This document shows, one piece after another, positions 52,842-64,000 of a stretch of DNA of 64,000 bases. How positions within the stretch are numbered: the stretch's first letter is position 1; each line of letters opens with the position of its first letter. The notes below the pieces were generated by a model. That model saw only the letters and a program-made list of their open reading frames with translations, had not been told where the DNA came from and did not search any database. The position numbers and the translations under genes are program-made. This stretch comes from Eledone cirrhosa. Its lineage: Eukaryota. The stretch is taken from assembly GCA_964016885.1 (NCBI GenBank), contig OZ024745.1, forward strand, positions 109,244,001 to 109,308,000, given 5' to 3'.

Positions 52842-53384
52842 AGCGTCAGACTAGTTAGCTCTAAAGAGTAGAGGACTTTCAAAGCTCTAAAAGTTTAGAT
52901 ACCTCATCTACCCATGGCATACAAACTTATCACATCTCATAAACCTTATATTTGTTGATACAGATCACTACCTGTTTCATTGGATTTAGTTATTTACATG
53001 TGATATTGCATAGTATCAGGTAGATGTTTATGAATTACCTTTGCCAATGGACATTTAATGATGATGATGATGATACATGCTGCTGTTGTGTAATGCTTAT
53101 GTCTCTTTCAAACATCTTGATTTGTAAGCAATAATTCTAATTTGGTTTTCTTGACAATAGAAATGATGCATTTGATTAATTCGAAAGTTCTTACATTGTT
53201 TAGAGTGGATGGCTTCCACTTAATAATGGTGTTTCTCTAAAGTTTCATGAAACCAAATCAGATAGAGTAAACAGTCTTGGCCATGTGATCAAAACAGTGA
53301 TAGAGCTGATGAATATGTATATCATTGGGGCTGTTGTTTAACCCCAGGTGATTTCTGATTGAACAGCCCTATAATCAAACTTGT

Positions 53385-53592
53385 TTAACCCTTTAGCATT
53401 TAAACCGGCCATATCCGGCCAGAATTATCTCACCTCTTTCTGTTCAAACCAGCTACAATCTGCTGCACATACAGATGTTAAAGTATTGTTCTCAAAATAA
53501 ATAATACTACAATACCATAAATTCGATATTATATGAGATAATTATGTGAAATAAAGTGTTTACCGTGAAAATGCAATAGTACAAAGGGTTAA
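53385..53592 (+). mobile_element. piggyBac-like MITE copy
   Basis: TTAA ends, family identity. Confidence 0.85.
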
Positions 53593-54383
53593 ACTGTGGT
53601 CATTCTGTCTTGTATATCAGAGTCTTCATTGTGCAATATTTTCTTATTTATTTCAAATGGCTATGGGACTTTGGCTGCTATTTCTAGAAAGCCAAGCAAC
53701 TGCGTAAGTAGATCCTTTGCTGGCTTGCAAGATATATATTGTTGATGTATTGGTCAAAAGTGCAACTCCTTAAGGTTTAAAATCTGTTAGGACTCTCATC
53801 CAAACCATACTTCACTTTAAAAGAACACCAAAACCACAACAGCAATAGCAACAACAATAACAACAAAACTAAGAATGAAGTAAAAGAAATATACTCTTTT
53901 TTTTTTCTTAGTGTCCTTCTTTATCACAAAAGCCTAAAAAAAACCCAACTGTACATCTTGTTTCTGATATATTACTATATTAGGACATTTGAAAAGCAAC
54001 AAATATTGTTACATAGACAACAAACGGCTTTTTGTAAATAAGGTTACAACTCGATGTCATCACCATAGCAACAACTGATGTTGCAAAATAACATCCCCAC
54101 CCCAATATTGTTTAACAACAACAATAACAACTACAAAAGCAACATCAATTATAAGACAGCTCACTCACTGCACATTTTAGGACAATAGTTATGACAATAA
54201 TGATGCTTGTAATAGCATGAGTAGCAAGAATGGTGCTTTATTTTAAAGGTAATGGTGGTGGTGACCATAAAAATAGGGAAGAGATAGAGTAGAAGGGAAC
54301 TGGTGACAGAAGAAGTAAACTGAAAAGTAGACAAGAAGAAATTGGATAGAAGACAAGAAGGAAGGATGATAGATAGATAGAGT

Positions 54384-54429
<46 letters not shown>

Positions 54430-54494
54430 GTGATAGATAGATAAACAGATAAACAGGCAGACAAGACAGACAGATAGAGAGACAGACAGATAGA

Positions 54495-54603
54495 TATGTT
54501 TCTTTATTAGCCACAGGGGCACAAAAGAAGGGGACAAATACAAAGGGGGAAGTTTACATACAATAAAAACGTGTAAAATACTATCACAAATGCAATTTAA
54601 AAA
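54495..54603 (-). mobile_element. Tx1-like LINE 3' UTR fragment (about 110 bp) in (GATA)n
   Basis: Matches 55771-55878. Confidence 0.85.
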
Positions 54604-54606
54604 GAC

Positions 54607-54637
<31 letters not shown>

Positions 54638-54701
54638 GTGATAGATAGATAAACAGATAAACAGGCAGACAAGACAGACAGATAGAGAGACAGACAGATA
54701 G

Positions 54702-55202
54702 ATATGTTTCTTTATTAGCCACAGGGGCACAAAAGTAGGGGACAAATACAAAGAGGAAAGTTTACATACAATAAAAATGTGTAAAATGTTATCACAAATG
54801 CAATTTAAAAAATTAGTCGTATTTCCTCAATAGGGGGAGACAGTTTATATGGGTAACACATACCCCCGAAAAAATGTGCAACCCTCATCTCCAGGAGTAC
54901 GAAGAGTTTGTACTCCTTTCCTCTCCTCCTCCTTTTCCTCAACCTACAGGCTGATATAGAGAGAAGGCCCATTCACTCGGGCCATTCTCGCCACTTTCAC
55001 CCACCTTTCATAAAACTTGCTGTGGTACAGCACCTCTCTCTCCATCCTGATTCTTCTTCCAAAGTGGTATTTGAAAAAAAAAATCAGTTGTTGGCCAGTG
55101 AGAAAGGTGTCTGACCTCAGCCCTTTTAACCTTGTCCACCATACAACCTCTTTCGCCATAGCTATCACACAAAGGAAAACCGCCTCTCCTTCGTTTTTGA
55201 AG
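54702..55202 (-). mobile_element. Tx1-like LINE 3' fragment (about 500 bp: last ~85 codons plus 3' UTR) in (GATA)n
   Basis: Near-identical to 55771-56269; ORF 54944-55168 equals the ORF2 C-terminus. Confidence 0.92.
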
Positions 55203-55463
55203 ATAGATAGATAGATAGATAGATAGATAAACAGATAGATAAATAAACAGTTAGATAAATAGATATATAGACAGATTTATAAACATACAGATGGACTTAT
55301 AGATAGATAGAGACAGAAGGACAGATAGACAGAAGAACAGGCAGAAAGATAGACAGACAGTTAGAAGATAGATAGACAGATAGATAAACAGATAGAGTAA
55401 TAAATAGACAGATAGAGAGGCAGCTATATAAATAGAGATATAGATAGAGTGAGAGATAGATAG

Positions 55464-55697
55464 ATATGTTTCTTTTATTTGCCACCAGGGCATCAAAAGT
55501 GGGACAAGTACAATGGGGGGAGTTTACAAAACAAGGCGTCCTCAATAAGGAGGAGGCAATAACAATATATAAAAATAAAATAAAATATAACAAAAATAAA
55601 ATTTATAACAAAGTCCTCAATAGAGAGGAGGCGCCTTGGGGGGGTCGCCCCCCCCCCAAAAAAAAGTGTGCAACCCTTTTCCTCAGGAGCACAGAGA
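55464..55697 (-). mobile_element. 3' UTR of a second, diverged Tx1-like subfamily in (GATA)n
   Basis: Shares the terminal GGC(A)AATAAAAGAAACATA and TGTGCAACCCT...CAGGAG motifs with the main family but differs internally. Confidence 0.65.
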
Positions 55698-55702
55698 GTG
55701 AG

Positions 55703-55770
<68 letters not shown>

Positions 55771-55771
<1 letters not shown>

Positions 55772-57681
55772 TATTTCTTTATTAGCCACAGGGGCACAAA
55801 AGAAGGGGACAAATACAAAGGGGGAAGTTTACATACAATAAAAACGTGTAAAATGTTATCACAGATGGAATTTAAAAGTTAGTCGATTTTCCCCAATAGA
55901 GGGAGACAGTTTATATGGGTAACACAGACCCCCGAAAAAAATGTGCAACCCTCATCTCCAGGAGTACGAAGAGCTTGTACTCCTTTCCTCTCCTCCTCCT
56001 TTTCCTCAACCTACAGGCTGATATAGAGAGAAGGCCCATTCACTCGGGCCATTCTCGCCACTTTCACCCACCTTTCATAAAACTTGCTGGGGTACAGCAC
56101 CTCTCTCTCCATCCTGATTCTTCTTCCAAAGTGGTATTTGAAAAAAAGAATCAGTTGTTGGCCGGAGAGAAAGGTGTCTGACCTCAGCCCTTTCAACCTT
56201 GTCCACCATACAACCTCTTTCGCCATAGCTATCACACAAAGGAAAACCGCCTCTCCTTCGTTTTTGAAGGAGGGTGGCGGTTTGATCATGACAATGGACT
56301 CGGTGGTCAACTGGATTGGTCCCACCCGCGACAATAGTCGTTCCACATAGCCCCACAGGTCAGTGACGCCCGGGCAGTGTATGAATGCGTGCGCGACGGT
56401 TTCTTCGTCTCGCACGCACCTCGGACAGATCTTTTTTGCAGGGTCCCTGCCCGGGCGCCCATGTCTGTAGAGCTTGTCTCGAACTGGTAGAGCTCCTCGG
56501 TAGCACTGCCAGGCCAGGGACTTTTGGAAGTTGTCCATCGGTCCCGGGCGGAAGGTCCTACCGAACAGACTGGCCAGTTCATCTTCCTCCACGCCTAGAG
56601 TTTCACCGAGCGCGTCGTCGCACTTGCTGCGGACCAACCCTCTATAGAATGACGAAGTGGAGTCTCCACTGATCGCCGGGTCCGCCTGCCAGAGGGCTGT
56701 GAGCGCCTGAGCACATTCGATGTGCCAGTCGCCCATTTTCCTCGGTCTCTGCTTGACCCAGGACTGCAGCTCGGTCAGCGAGACGAGTCGTGGGAAGGCT
56801 CGCCTCACGAACGGGGCCCACACCGGTTGTCCGGTGAGGAATACGTAGAGATGCCGCAGCCTGAGCGCGTGTTTGCGCATCGTCAACCACGGCATCCCCA
56901 GCCCTCCGTTAGAAGGGTGTTGGCAGCAGATGGATCTTCTTACCAAAGGAGCCCGCCTCTTCCAAAGGAATCGGAAGAGGGCGCGCTCCATTTTGGCGAG
57001 CGTTTTGGCTGGACAAGGCACGACGGTCAAGCGGTAGTAGATGGCGGACGCTATAAAAGTGTTCGCCACCTCCGCTCGACCTTTCAAGGATAGTTTGCAC
57101 TCGGCCCACTTCTGGGTGAGTGCAAACACCTTGGCCGTCACTTCGTTCCAGTTCTTCTCCACCTGGAGGTCCGGACCAAACCAGACCCCGAGCAGCTTTA
57201 CCGGTCCTTCCGTCCAGCGTCCGACGACGCCATCGGAAGGCATCGGTCTGCCTCTCCACGATCCGAGTTGCAAACCGATGGACTTGTCCCGGTTCAGCTT
57301 CGCTCCTGTGAGACTTTCGTATTCCTTTAGTAAGGTGCCGACTTCCTCGATTTGCGAGGCGCTTGACACCATTACTGTCACGTCGTCGGCGTAGGCCGAC
57401 GCCGCTTTCCGCAGTCCCGGTTCCAGAGGGATGCCCTGCAATAGCTCCAGCTTCCGCAGTAGTGGCTCGAGAGTCAGTACGTACAGAAGGGAGGAGAGAG
57501 GGCATCCCTGTCGAATGGATCGCGTAATATGGAACGGCTCCGAGAGGTAACCGTTCACCTTGACCCTTGAGCAGATGTTGCTGTTGTGCATTGCAGCAAT
57601 CCAGCCCCTGAACACGGGTCCGAAGCCTGCCGCCTCGAGCACCGCATCCAGGTAACGATGGTCAACCCTATCGAAAGCCTT
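55771..57681 (-). mobile_element. 5'-truncated Tx1/L1-clade non-LTR retrotransposon inserted in (GATA)n
   Basis: GC-rich island with an intact frame; the 3' UTR ends AATAAAGAAATA directly followed by (TCTA)n, with no poly(A); (GATA)n on both sides. Confidence 0.93.
56011..57681 (-). CDS. Partial ORF2 (reverse transcriptase plus C-terminal CCHC zinc knuckle) of a Tx1-like LINE; true start missing
   Basis: SKAFDRVDH, IRQGCPLS, AYADDVTV, GAKLNRDKS, KLLGVWF, GGLG and CPRC...ETVAHAFIHC motifs; the first ~23 aa of the listed 580-aa ORF are microsatellite. Confidence 0.93.
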   Translation of the reverse strand, partial: KAFDRVDHRYLDAVLEAAGFGPVFRGWIAAMHNSNICSRVKVNGYLSEPFHITRSIRQGCPLSSLLYVLTLEPLLRKLELLQGIPLEPGLRKAASAYADDVTVMVSSASQIEEVGTLLKEYESLTGAKLNRDKSIGLQLGSWRGRPMPSDGVVGRWTEGPVKLLGVWFGPDLQVEKNWNEVTAKVFALTQKWAECKLSLKGRAEVANTFIASAIYYRLTVVPCPAKTLAKMERALFRFLWKRRAPLVRRSICCQHPSNGGLGMPWLTMRKHALRLRHLYVFLTGQPVWAPFVRRAFPRLVSLTELQSWVKQRPRKMGDWHIECAQALTALWQADPAISGDSTSSFYRGLVRSKCDDALGETLGVEEDELASLFGRTFRPGPMDNFQKSLAWQCYRGALPVRDKLYRHGRPGRDPAKKICPRCVRDEETVAHAFIHCPGVTDLWGYVERLLSRVGPIQLTTESIVMIKPPPSFKNEGEAVFLCVIAMAKEVVWWTRLKGLRSDTFLSGQQLILFFKYHFGRRIRMEREVLYPSKFYERWVKVARMARVNGPSLYISL

Positions 57682-58076
57682 AGATAGATAGATAGATAGA
57701 TAGATAGACAGACAGAGAGACAGGCAGACAGAAACAAACGTACACTCACACACTCACTCATATAGTTCAGATTACTCTTAGATTATCAGGAGAAGACTAT
57801 GTGATGTGGATTTAAGAGGAACCCAAAATAGATGATTCAACTAGAGGGCCAATATTTGAATAAAGCAATTTAAACTATGCATTGTAATATGTATTGGGCA
57901 CTTTATTGAACAGTGGCCTTCTTCGTTACATAAGAAAGAACTTCATATCTCTATCTTTTTATATCATTCATTTTCCTTACTAGCAAGAGTGTGTGTGTAG
58001 GAGAGAAGACAACAAGGAAGAACAAAATACTATGAAGATATATATTAGTGTAATGCTTGATATAGTAGGAAAATAG

Positions 58077-58112
58077 TCTTAACGTTTCAGATGTAAGTCC
58101 TTCATCAAAAGA
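58077..58112 (-). ncRNA. Minimal Penelope-type hammerhead-like motif (UUGAUGA core, 1-bp stem III)
   Basis: UCUU-UUGAUGA-AGGACUUACAUCU-GAAAC-GUU^AAGA; palindromic AACGUU is typical of dimer-acting minimal HHRs. Confidence 0.5.
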
Positions 58113-58254
58113 TAGAATGAGAGAGAGAAGAAAAAGAAACAAATAGGTGAGGGTAAGAGAAAGGAAGAGAATGAAAGGGAAACAAATTTCAGGTGAAAAA
58201 CTTGTTAGTCAACCACACACACACACGCATACATACACACACACGCACACACAT

Positions 58255-58293
<39 letters not shown>

Positions 58294-58809
58294 ATATATA
58301 AACAAAGTGAATTGGTAGAGACATTACTGAGTCAGATAGAATGTCTTGTGGATTGGCAGTATCGGTAGAGAGTCGGACACCATGCTTTCCAGCATAGTTA
58401 CGTCCCTTTACAGTCTGAGTTCAAATCCAGCCGAGGTTTACTTTGCCTTTCATCCTTACGGGGTCGATAAAATAAAGTACCAGTAATACACTGGGTAATT
58501 GCTTGGCTTGTGCCTAAAGTAGAAACAATTATTTGTTTCCTCTCTCTGTGCTTAGAATTTTAATCCAACCAATGTTATGTTTTCCTTTCATTTTTTTCAG
58601 GGTTGAGAAATATGGTACCTATTCAGGGCAGTGAATTGATAGAATTGGTATCTGATCTATCTCTTTACATTCTGGGTTCAAATTCTACCTCATATCACTA
58701 GGTTTTTCATATTAGTAATTGAGTACTCTGGGACCAAGTTAACACTGATAGGTAAAAAAATGTAAAGACTCACAAATTACCATACATAGGATTTGCAACT
58801 AGAAAGTTT

Positions 58810-59095
58810 CCCTCTGAGGCATAAGTCTAGGTAAGTTTTTTTCTGGAAGACTAGCAGTTGCCTATGAAAACCGGTCTCCCTTCTCCATGCCACCAATGTT
58901 GTCCAAGGGAAAGGCAATGGTCAATACAGCTTGGCACCAGTGATGTTGCAACTTATTTCTACAACTGAGTGAACTGGAGCAATGTGAAATAAAGTGTCTT
59001 GCTCAAGAACACAATGCGTTCCTTAGTCCAGAAATCAAACTCACAACCTCATGATTGCAAGTCTTATGCTCTAACCACTAAACTATGTACCTTCA
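58810..59095 (-). mobile_element. SINE sharing the SINE-B head and core but with a different body (paralog about 33090-33380)
   Basis: CTGGAGCAATGTGAAATAAAGTGTCTTGCTCAAG core plus CCAAGGGAAAGG...CAGCTTGGCACCAGTGA body in both copies. Confidence 0.8.
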
Positions 59096-62029
59096 ATGAT
59101 AAACCTCCAATATATACGATGTAGCAACATATCAATTGAAGCCACATCCTGGACACATCAATAAGAGCAAGAGGTCTCTGCACAAAGCAGGACAAATGTT
59201 GGACAGATAGATAGTTTAATCCTTTTGGTACCAACCTGCCTCAAACTACTTCTGTTTCTATGAAAGATAACCACTTATTTTAAAGAGTACCTATTTAGAT
59301 TTAAATCTTCAATATGATTTTTATGAGAATCTTTTGTCAAGTTATGTTATAAATACCATCTTAATGAAATAAGCAATATTAGGAAACACTTCCAACTTTT
59401 CATTAACTGATTGAAATACAATTTACTTCATTAAAAATATGGTCATATGAGGGTTAAAGACATTAAGCCAAATATTTTTATACTAATTTAAAAGAATGAT
59501 GAGTAATCATGGAGACTGTTTAATATAATTTATTTCTTTAACATGATCTGTTCCATAAATAGCACTGCTTCAAAATTATATCCAGTTGATGCTAATCTTT
59601 CTTGTAAATCAAAGTCAACAGCAGTGAGATTAGAACTCAGAAACGGTGGGGTGGGGTACTGAAATAGATGTTGCAAAGCATCTAGTTTGGTACCCTCCCA
59701 TATTTATCAAATAAATATCCAAGCCACATGCTCAGATCAGATGTTTAGCATTTAATGAAGAATTTCGTATCTTGGCTTTACGCTGACTGTCTACTACTAT
59801 CATTGTGACTACCTTGATGCCAAATATAATTTTTAACCAAAAATCTCATCTGCCCTGCCCACCCAACTGCCACTAGTAAAGTCAGCTGACTTATCCTTGA
59901 GATGGGAGTGAAGTGCGTTAGATTTCAGAGAACAGAAAGTATTCTTCTCTTCTCCCCACTCTCCTCTGACCATACATGATTGTCCTTCTTAAAACAAGAA
60001 CCAGTAAGTGATATATTGGATTAAATTATCAAATTTACACCTCTACTGAGAAGATATAACAAACAGAAGAAGTGTGTCTAGATTTTCTGCTGGCTGTGGC
60101 CTATCCATTGCCAAAAAAGACAAGCTGCAGTCTTTCTTGTCAAAAGCACTATTTATTTATTTATTTATTTTAGTTGTTTATCAAACTACTCTCCTCTCCT
60201 ATGATACCGACACATACCACCACCCCAACTGCCAACAACAACAGCAAGTATTTAAGTATTCCTAGGTTTCCCAAGAGTTAAGAACCCACCCAGGGTAAGG
60301 CAAATTTTTCCCCTTTGACTTTCTCAAATTTCTTTCTCTTTGAGATAAACTAGAAATAAATCCATCAAGACATTCGTTTGGAGAAAGACTAAGAATGCAA
60401 CTGTAAACCATCACGGCTTTAGGCTGTCTACCTTAGCAGCCTGGGTGCCATGAGCTAGGTAAGAGATAAAGTCTGGGCTATTTGACATCAGTCACATGAT
60501 CTCAACACTGTTGATCTTGTTTGCTGTTGTTGTTGTTGTTGTTGTTGATATTGATCATGTTTTTCCTTTTTCTTCATCTTGTTTTCCTACTCACTTTCAT
60601 CTTTCTTTACTCCTTTTTTCTTGTCTTATCATCGACAACATCATCATCATCATCACTACCACCTCTTCTACCACCATCAACATTGCTGTTATTACCAACA
60701 GAATCTTCATCATCATCATCATCATCAGAATCCTCGTTACCACTAATAGAACCATCATAATAATCCCCTTCATCATCATCATCACCATCAACACCACCAC
60801 CACCACCACCACTACTACCACTATTCCCATCAAAATCATCATCAACCTCATCATCACCAACCTAATGATGCCCCCACCCCCACCCCACACACCTCATCAA
60901 CATCACTACATTTGTTGGGAGTTTAGTAATAATACTTGTTTCTACTTTTGGCACAAGGCCAGCAATTATCCCAGTGCATTACTGGTACATTATTTTATTG
61001 ACCCCCGTAAGGATGACAGGCAAAGTTTACCTCAGCGGGATTTGAACTCAGATCGGAAAAAAGCATAACTCTCTGCTGCAAAGCATCGCGACCGACTCTT
61101 TACCGATACTGCTACAGACAAAATTCTGTTTGTCAGTACATATGAAAATAAAGTGGACCTAGGCAGGACTTAAACACAGAACATAAAGGAATCTAACCAA
61201 ATACCACCAGGTATTTTCTCTAATGTGCTACCAATTCTGCATTTCATTCACCACACATGCACAGAGAGAGTGAGAGTCTGCAGTGTGGAGACCAGGGAGA
61301 TCACTAATCATGGAAGTACTCAATACATGGGAAGATGCAGAGTAGGTATAGAGATATGTAAAATCCTGGCCATGGCACCAAGTGATTTCGGCTTGTGTGT
61401 TCACAACCTGAAACTGCATGGTGCCGTGGTCGGGATTTTTCCTATCTCTCTCTCTTATATCATCATCATCATTATCGTTTAACGTCCATCTTCCACGCTT
61501 GCATGGGTTTGGATGGGAGTTTTCCCACCTGAAGCAAGATTGGTTGTCCTGCTCGTATAGGACTGTCTGGCGGGTTTTCTACGGCTGGATGCCCTTCCTA
61601 ACACCAACCACATTTACAGTGTGGACTGGGAGGTTTTTACCGTGTTACCTACACGGCCACATTACAGCGTGGACTGTGTGTTTTTTTTTTTTGTCGTGAC
61701 ACCTACACGACCTCATTTGTTTCGGACTGGATGTTGTGGTACCAACATAACTTCACATTTAAGGGGTGGTGTGGATGGGGTGGGGGTAGTGGGACGGGGG
61801 TGTATTTCGTTAGAGGTACCTACTGACTGTAGGTTATATATATATATATATCAACAGTCGACATCCCAGACCTAATTAGCTTAACGAGTGCGGTGGAGCT
61901 GTTCAAATCGGACCGAGGAAACAATGTTTCCATTGGTCTTATATATATACATATCCAGGAGCTTCCAATAGAAATGGTCACATTCTTTAAGGGTATGTCA
62001 ATATCTATTTATAAAACTGATCTATATTA

Positions 62030-62094
62030 TATTTTATCTGATGAAAGCACACTATAATTTGACTTGGTGTCCTTGAAATATGTATAATGAAATA
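62030..62094 (+). ncRNA. Type I hammerhead ribozyme, family P7
   Basis: UAUUUUAU-CUGAUGA-AAGcACAC(14 nt)GUGUcCUU-GAAA-UAUGUA-UA^AUGAAAUA, in a TA-flanked insert at about 61950-62137. Confidence 0.75.
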
Positions 62095-62325
62095 AATATG
62101 GTTTTATAAATATAGTTTCCATTTGTTAATATATCGTATATATATATATATATCTTAAGGCTTGTTGGTTCACCACTGGATAGAATTGGTCATTCCGTAT
62201 GGTCAATCTTGGTGTAATATTGTGGAGAGACACTCAACGTAGTGCAGTTCACCTGTCTTCGTTTGTGTAGTTGGTGGTGCGAATACAGAGTTAATTATAA
62301 ATAAAATAACAGGAGGCTGGACTGG

Positions 62326-62376
<51 letters not shown>

Positions 62377-62539
62377 TAGTTATGTAATAAACAACATAAT
62401 GAAATAATTAATAAACAACAGAAATGAAATAATTAATCTTATGTTGTTTATTACATAACTAATAAGCTCTGTAACCTACATAGAGCACTCTTTTTTCCTG
62501 GACCTTTCCAACGGACTTACTTCATTCATACATATATGT

Positions 62540-62879
62540 ATATAAGTATTAAGTTGTTAAACAACATTCGATGATTATGTCAAAGAATGAGTTTTACAGT
62601 AGATTGGAAGCACTCAACGGAAAATAATTTTCAGGAGTTATTAATATTAAAATATAAGTATTAATAAATAGATGTTCTTTTGATCAATTACATTTCATTA
62701 TACATATTTCAGATGTACAAGAGTACGTCCTTAAATCTTAACCATTTAACATCTCAGAGTATGTCATGTATCATTATATTTTGTCTGATGAGGACGTACT
62801 GTTGTACATCCAAAATATGTATAATAAAATGTAATTGATCAAAAGAACATCTATTTTATTAATACTTATATTTTAATAT

Positions 62880-62880
<1 letters not shown>
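62540..62880. mobile_element. Second family P1 fold-back insert; its HHR (62773-62835, plus strand) has G12A
   Basis: Homologous to 4030-4417; CUGAUGAGGAC...UCC-AAAA instead of GAAA; the left arm stops within stem II. Confidence 0.8.
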
Positions 62881-62917
<37 letters not shown>

Positions 62918-63284
62918 GTCTAACCCATGCTAGCATGGAAGATGGACGTTAAACGATGATGCTGATATATATATAATCATCAACATCCTCCACTTCTCCA
63001 TGTTTGCATGGTGTTGTATCTTCTTCCCCATTACAGCATCTCATTACTTGTGGTCCTTTGTTATGTTCATGTAATTCAGCCTCCTGAGATCAATTCTCAT
63101 CACTTCTTGCCATACCTTCCTCACAATTTCTCTTCAGCAGTTTCCTTAGTTGAATCACTTTGCACATTTTTTACCTAGGCTATAGATGCTCAGTCTTCTC
63201 TCTTGCTCACAACATCAAATTTCTCTACTGTCCAGTTTTCCTCTTAGTTCATTTATTCTCTAATTTTCAATCACACTAACATGA

Positions 63285-63440
63285 CGTTCTTTGCCCCTGG
63301 ACTACATCCCTGTTCACTGCTATTGAAGTGGAGCTAGCTACCCACAAGTGTGAGCGCTGTGAAGTGAAGTAGTTGTTCCAGCTCATCTCACTTGCCATCC
63401 TCCAGGGCTATGCCTTCTCCATTCTGTCTGCCAGAACCTC
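63285..63440 (+). pseudogene. CRE-clade LINE C-terminal remnant (paralog of 15010-15245)
   Basis: TTSLFTAIEVELATHKCERCEVK*LFQLISLAILQGYAFSILSA. Confidence 0.55.
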
Positions 63441-63455
63441 AGGGCAGACTCTTCC

Positions 63456-63683
63456 TTAACCCTTTAGCATTTACATTCTTCTATATTTACTATTAGATTT
63501 TCATGGTAAAGCCATTACCTCACATAATATATCTCACAATATTTAATCTATGAGATTTTGATATTATTTATTTTGAGAACAATACCATAACATCAGTATG
63601 AGCAGCCTGTTACAGCCGGTTTGGACAGAAAGATGTGAGAGAATTCGGGCTGGATATGGCCAGTTTAAATGCTAAAGGGATAA
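63456..63683 (-). mobile_element. piggyBac-like MITE copy (inverted)
   Basis: ttaaccctttagcattta...taaatgctaaaggg. Confidence 0.85.
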
Positions 63684-64000
63684 GATAAGCTGTTTGTACA
63701 CTATGTAATAAACACTAAGACAATAAGTTTATTTATTTACATGATTTGCTTGTAGAAAATACGTTTTTATTTAGGAAAGGTTAAAAGGTGAACAGCAAGC
63801 TTTCATAAAGCTATTTACAGGATTTAAAAAAACCCTCAAAAGGGGCATTATTGACCCATGTGTCATTCCGATATCATTTGAATAATAAATTTCTAAACAT
63901 CAGGTATCTATTGAATTTTCTACCAGATGTCTTACAAGCCTACATTACATATCCAGTGGAGCATGCTCATCTCATTTCTACCCAGCCTTTACACATCCTT

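Noticed and set aside
51071-52882. 603-aa, 406-aa and 381-aa Pro/Ser/Leu/His-rich ORFs
   Set aside because: Products of the 40-bp minisatellite; the same peptide appears in all three frames.
54055-54075. RFX X-box-like motif (CACCATAGCAAC)
   Set aside because: Only a half-site match within a CAA-rich low-complexity region; expected by chance.
56075-57505. Overlapping and antisense ORFs within the Tx1 element
   Set aside because: Shadow frames of a GC-rich coding region.
60496-61068. 190-aa hydrophobic ORF with an apparent signal peptide
   Set aside because: Built from (GTT)n, (CAT)n and (CAC)n repeats and ends inside a SINE-A.

Overview
Very AT-rich, microsatellite-dense eukaryotic DNA with no convincing host protein-coding gene. 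The repeat repertoire (tRNA-headed SINEs with (GAT)n or (AAT)n tails, RTE/R4/CRE/Tx1 LINE debris, long (TA)n tracts) suggests an intergenic or intronic region of a cephalopod, probably octopus-like; this is inference. Almost all listed ORFs are microsatellite translation artefacts. The only long genuine coding remnant is a 5'-truncated Tx1/L1-clade ORF2 (about 56011-57681, minus strand), which sits with three more Tx1 3' ends inside a (GATA)n array. Also present: a 2.1-kb non-autonomous LTR element with a tRNA-Trp PBS, whose empty-site paralog is in the same window; nine piggyBac-like TTAA MITEs; a probable Helitron; more than 30 SINE copies; and a 40-bp minisatellite. The most striking signal is about seven unrelated families of short non-coding inserts carrying type I hammerhead ribozyme (HHR) folds. 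Most are fold-back (palindromic) and lie in (TA)n tracts. One family has a recurrent non-canonical CAGAAGA core, and several have an AU-repeat stem III. A decayed Penelope-type GIY-YIG remnant has the same architecture, pointing to a TA-targeted, ribozyme-bearing Penelope-like/retrozyme system. All folds and alignments were done by eye, and boundaries are approximate unless stated.
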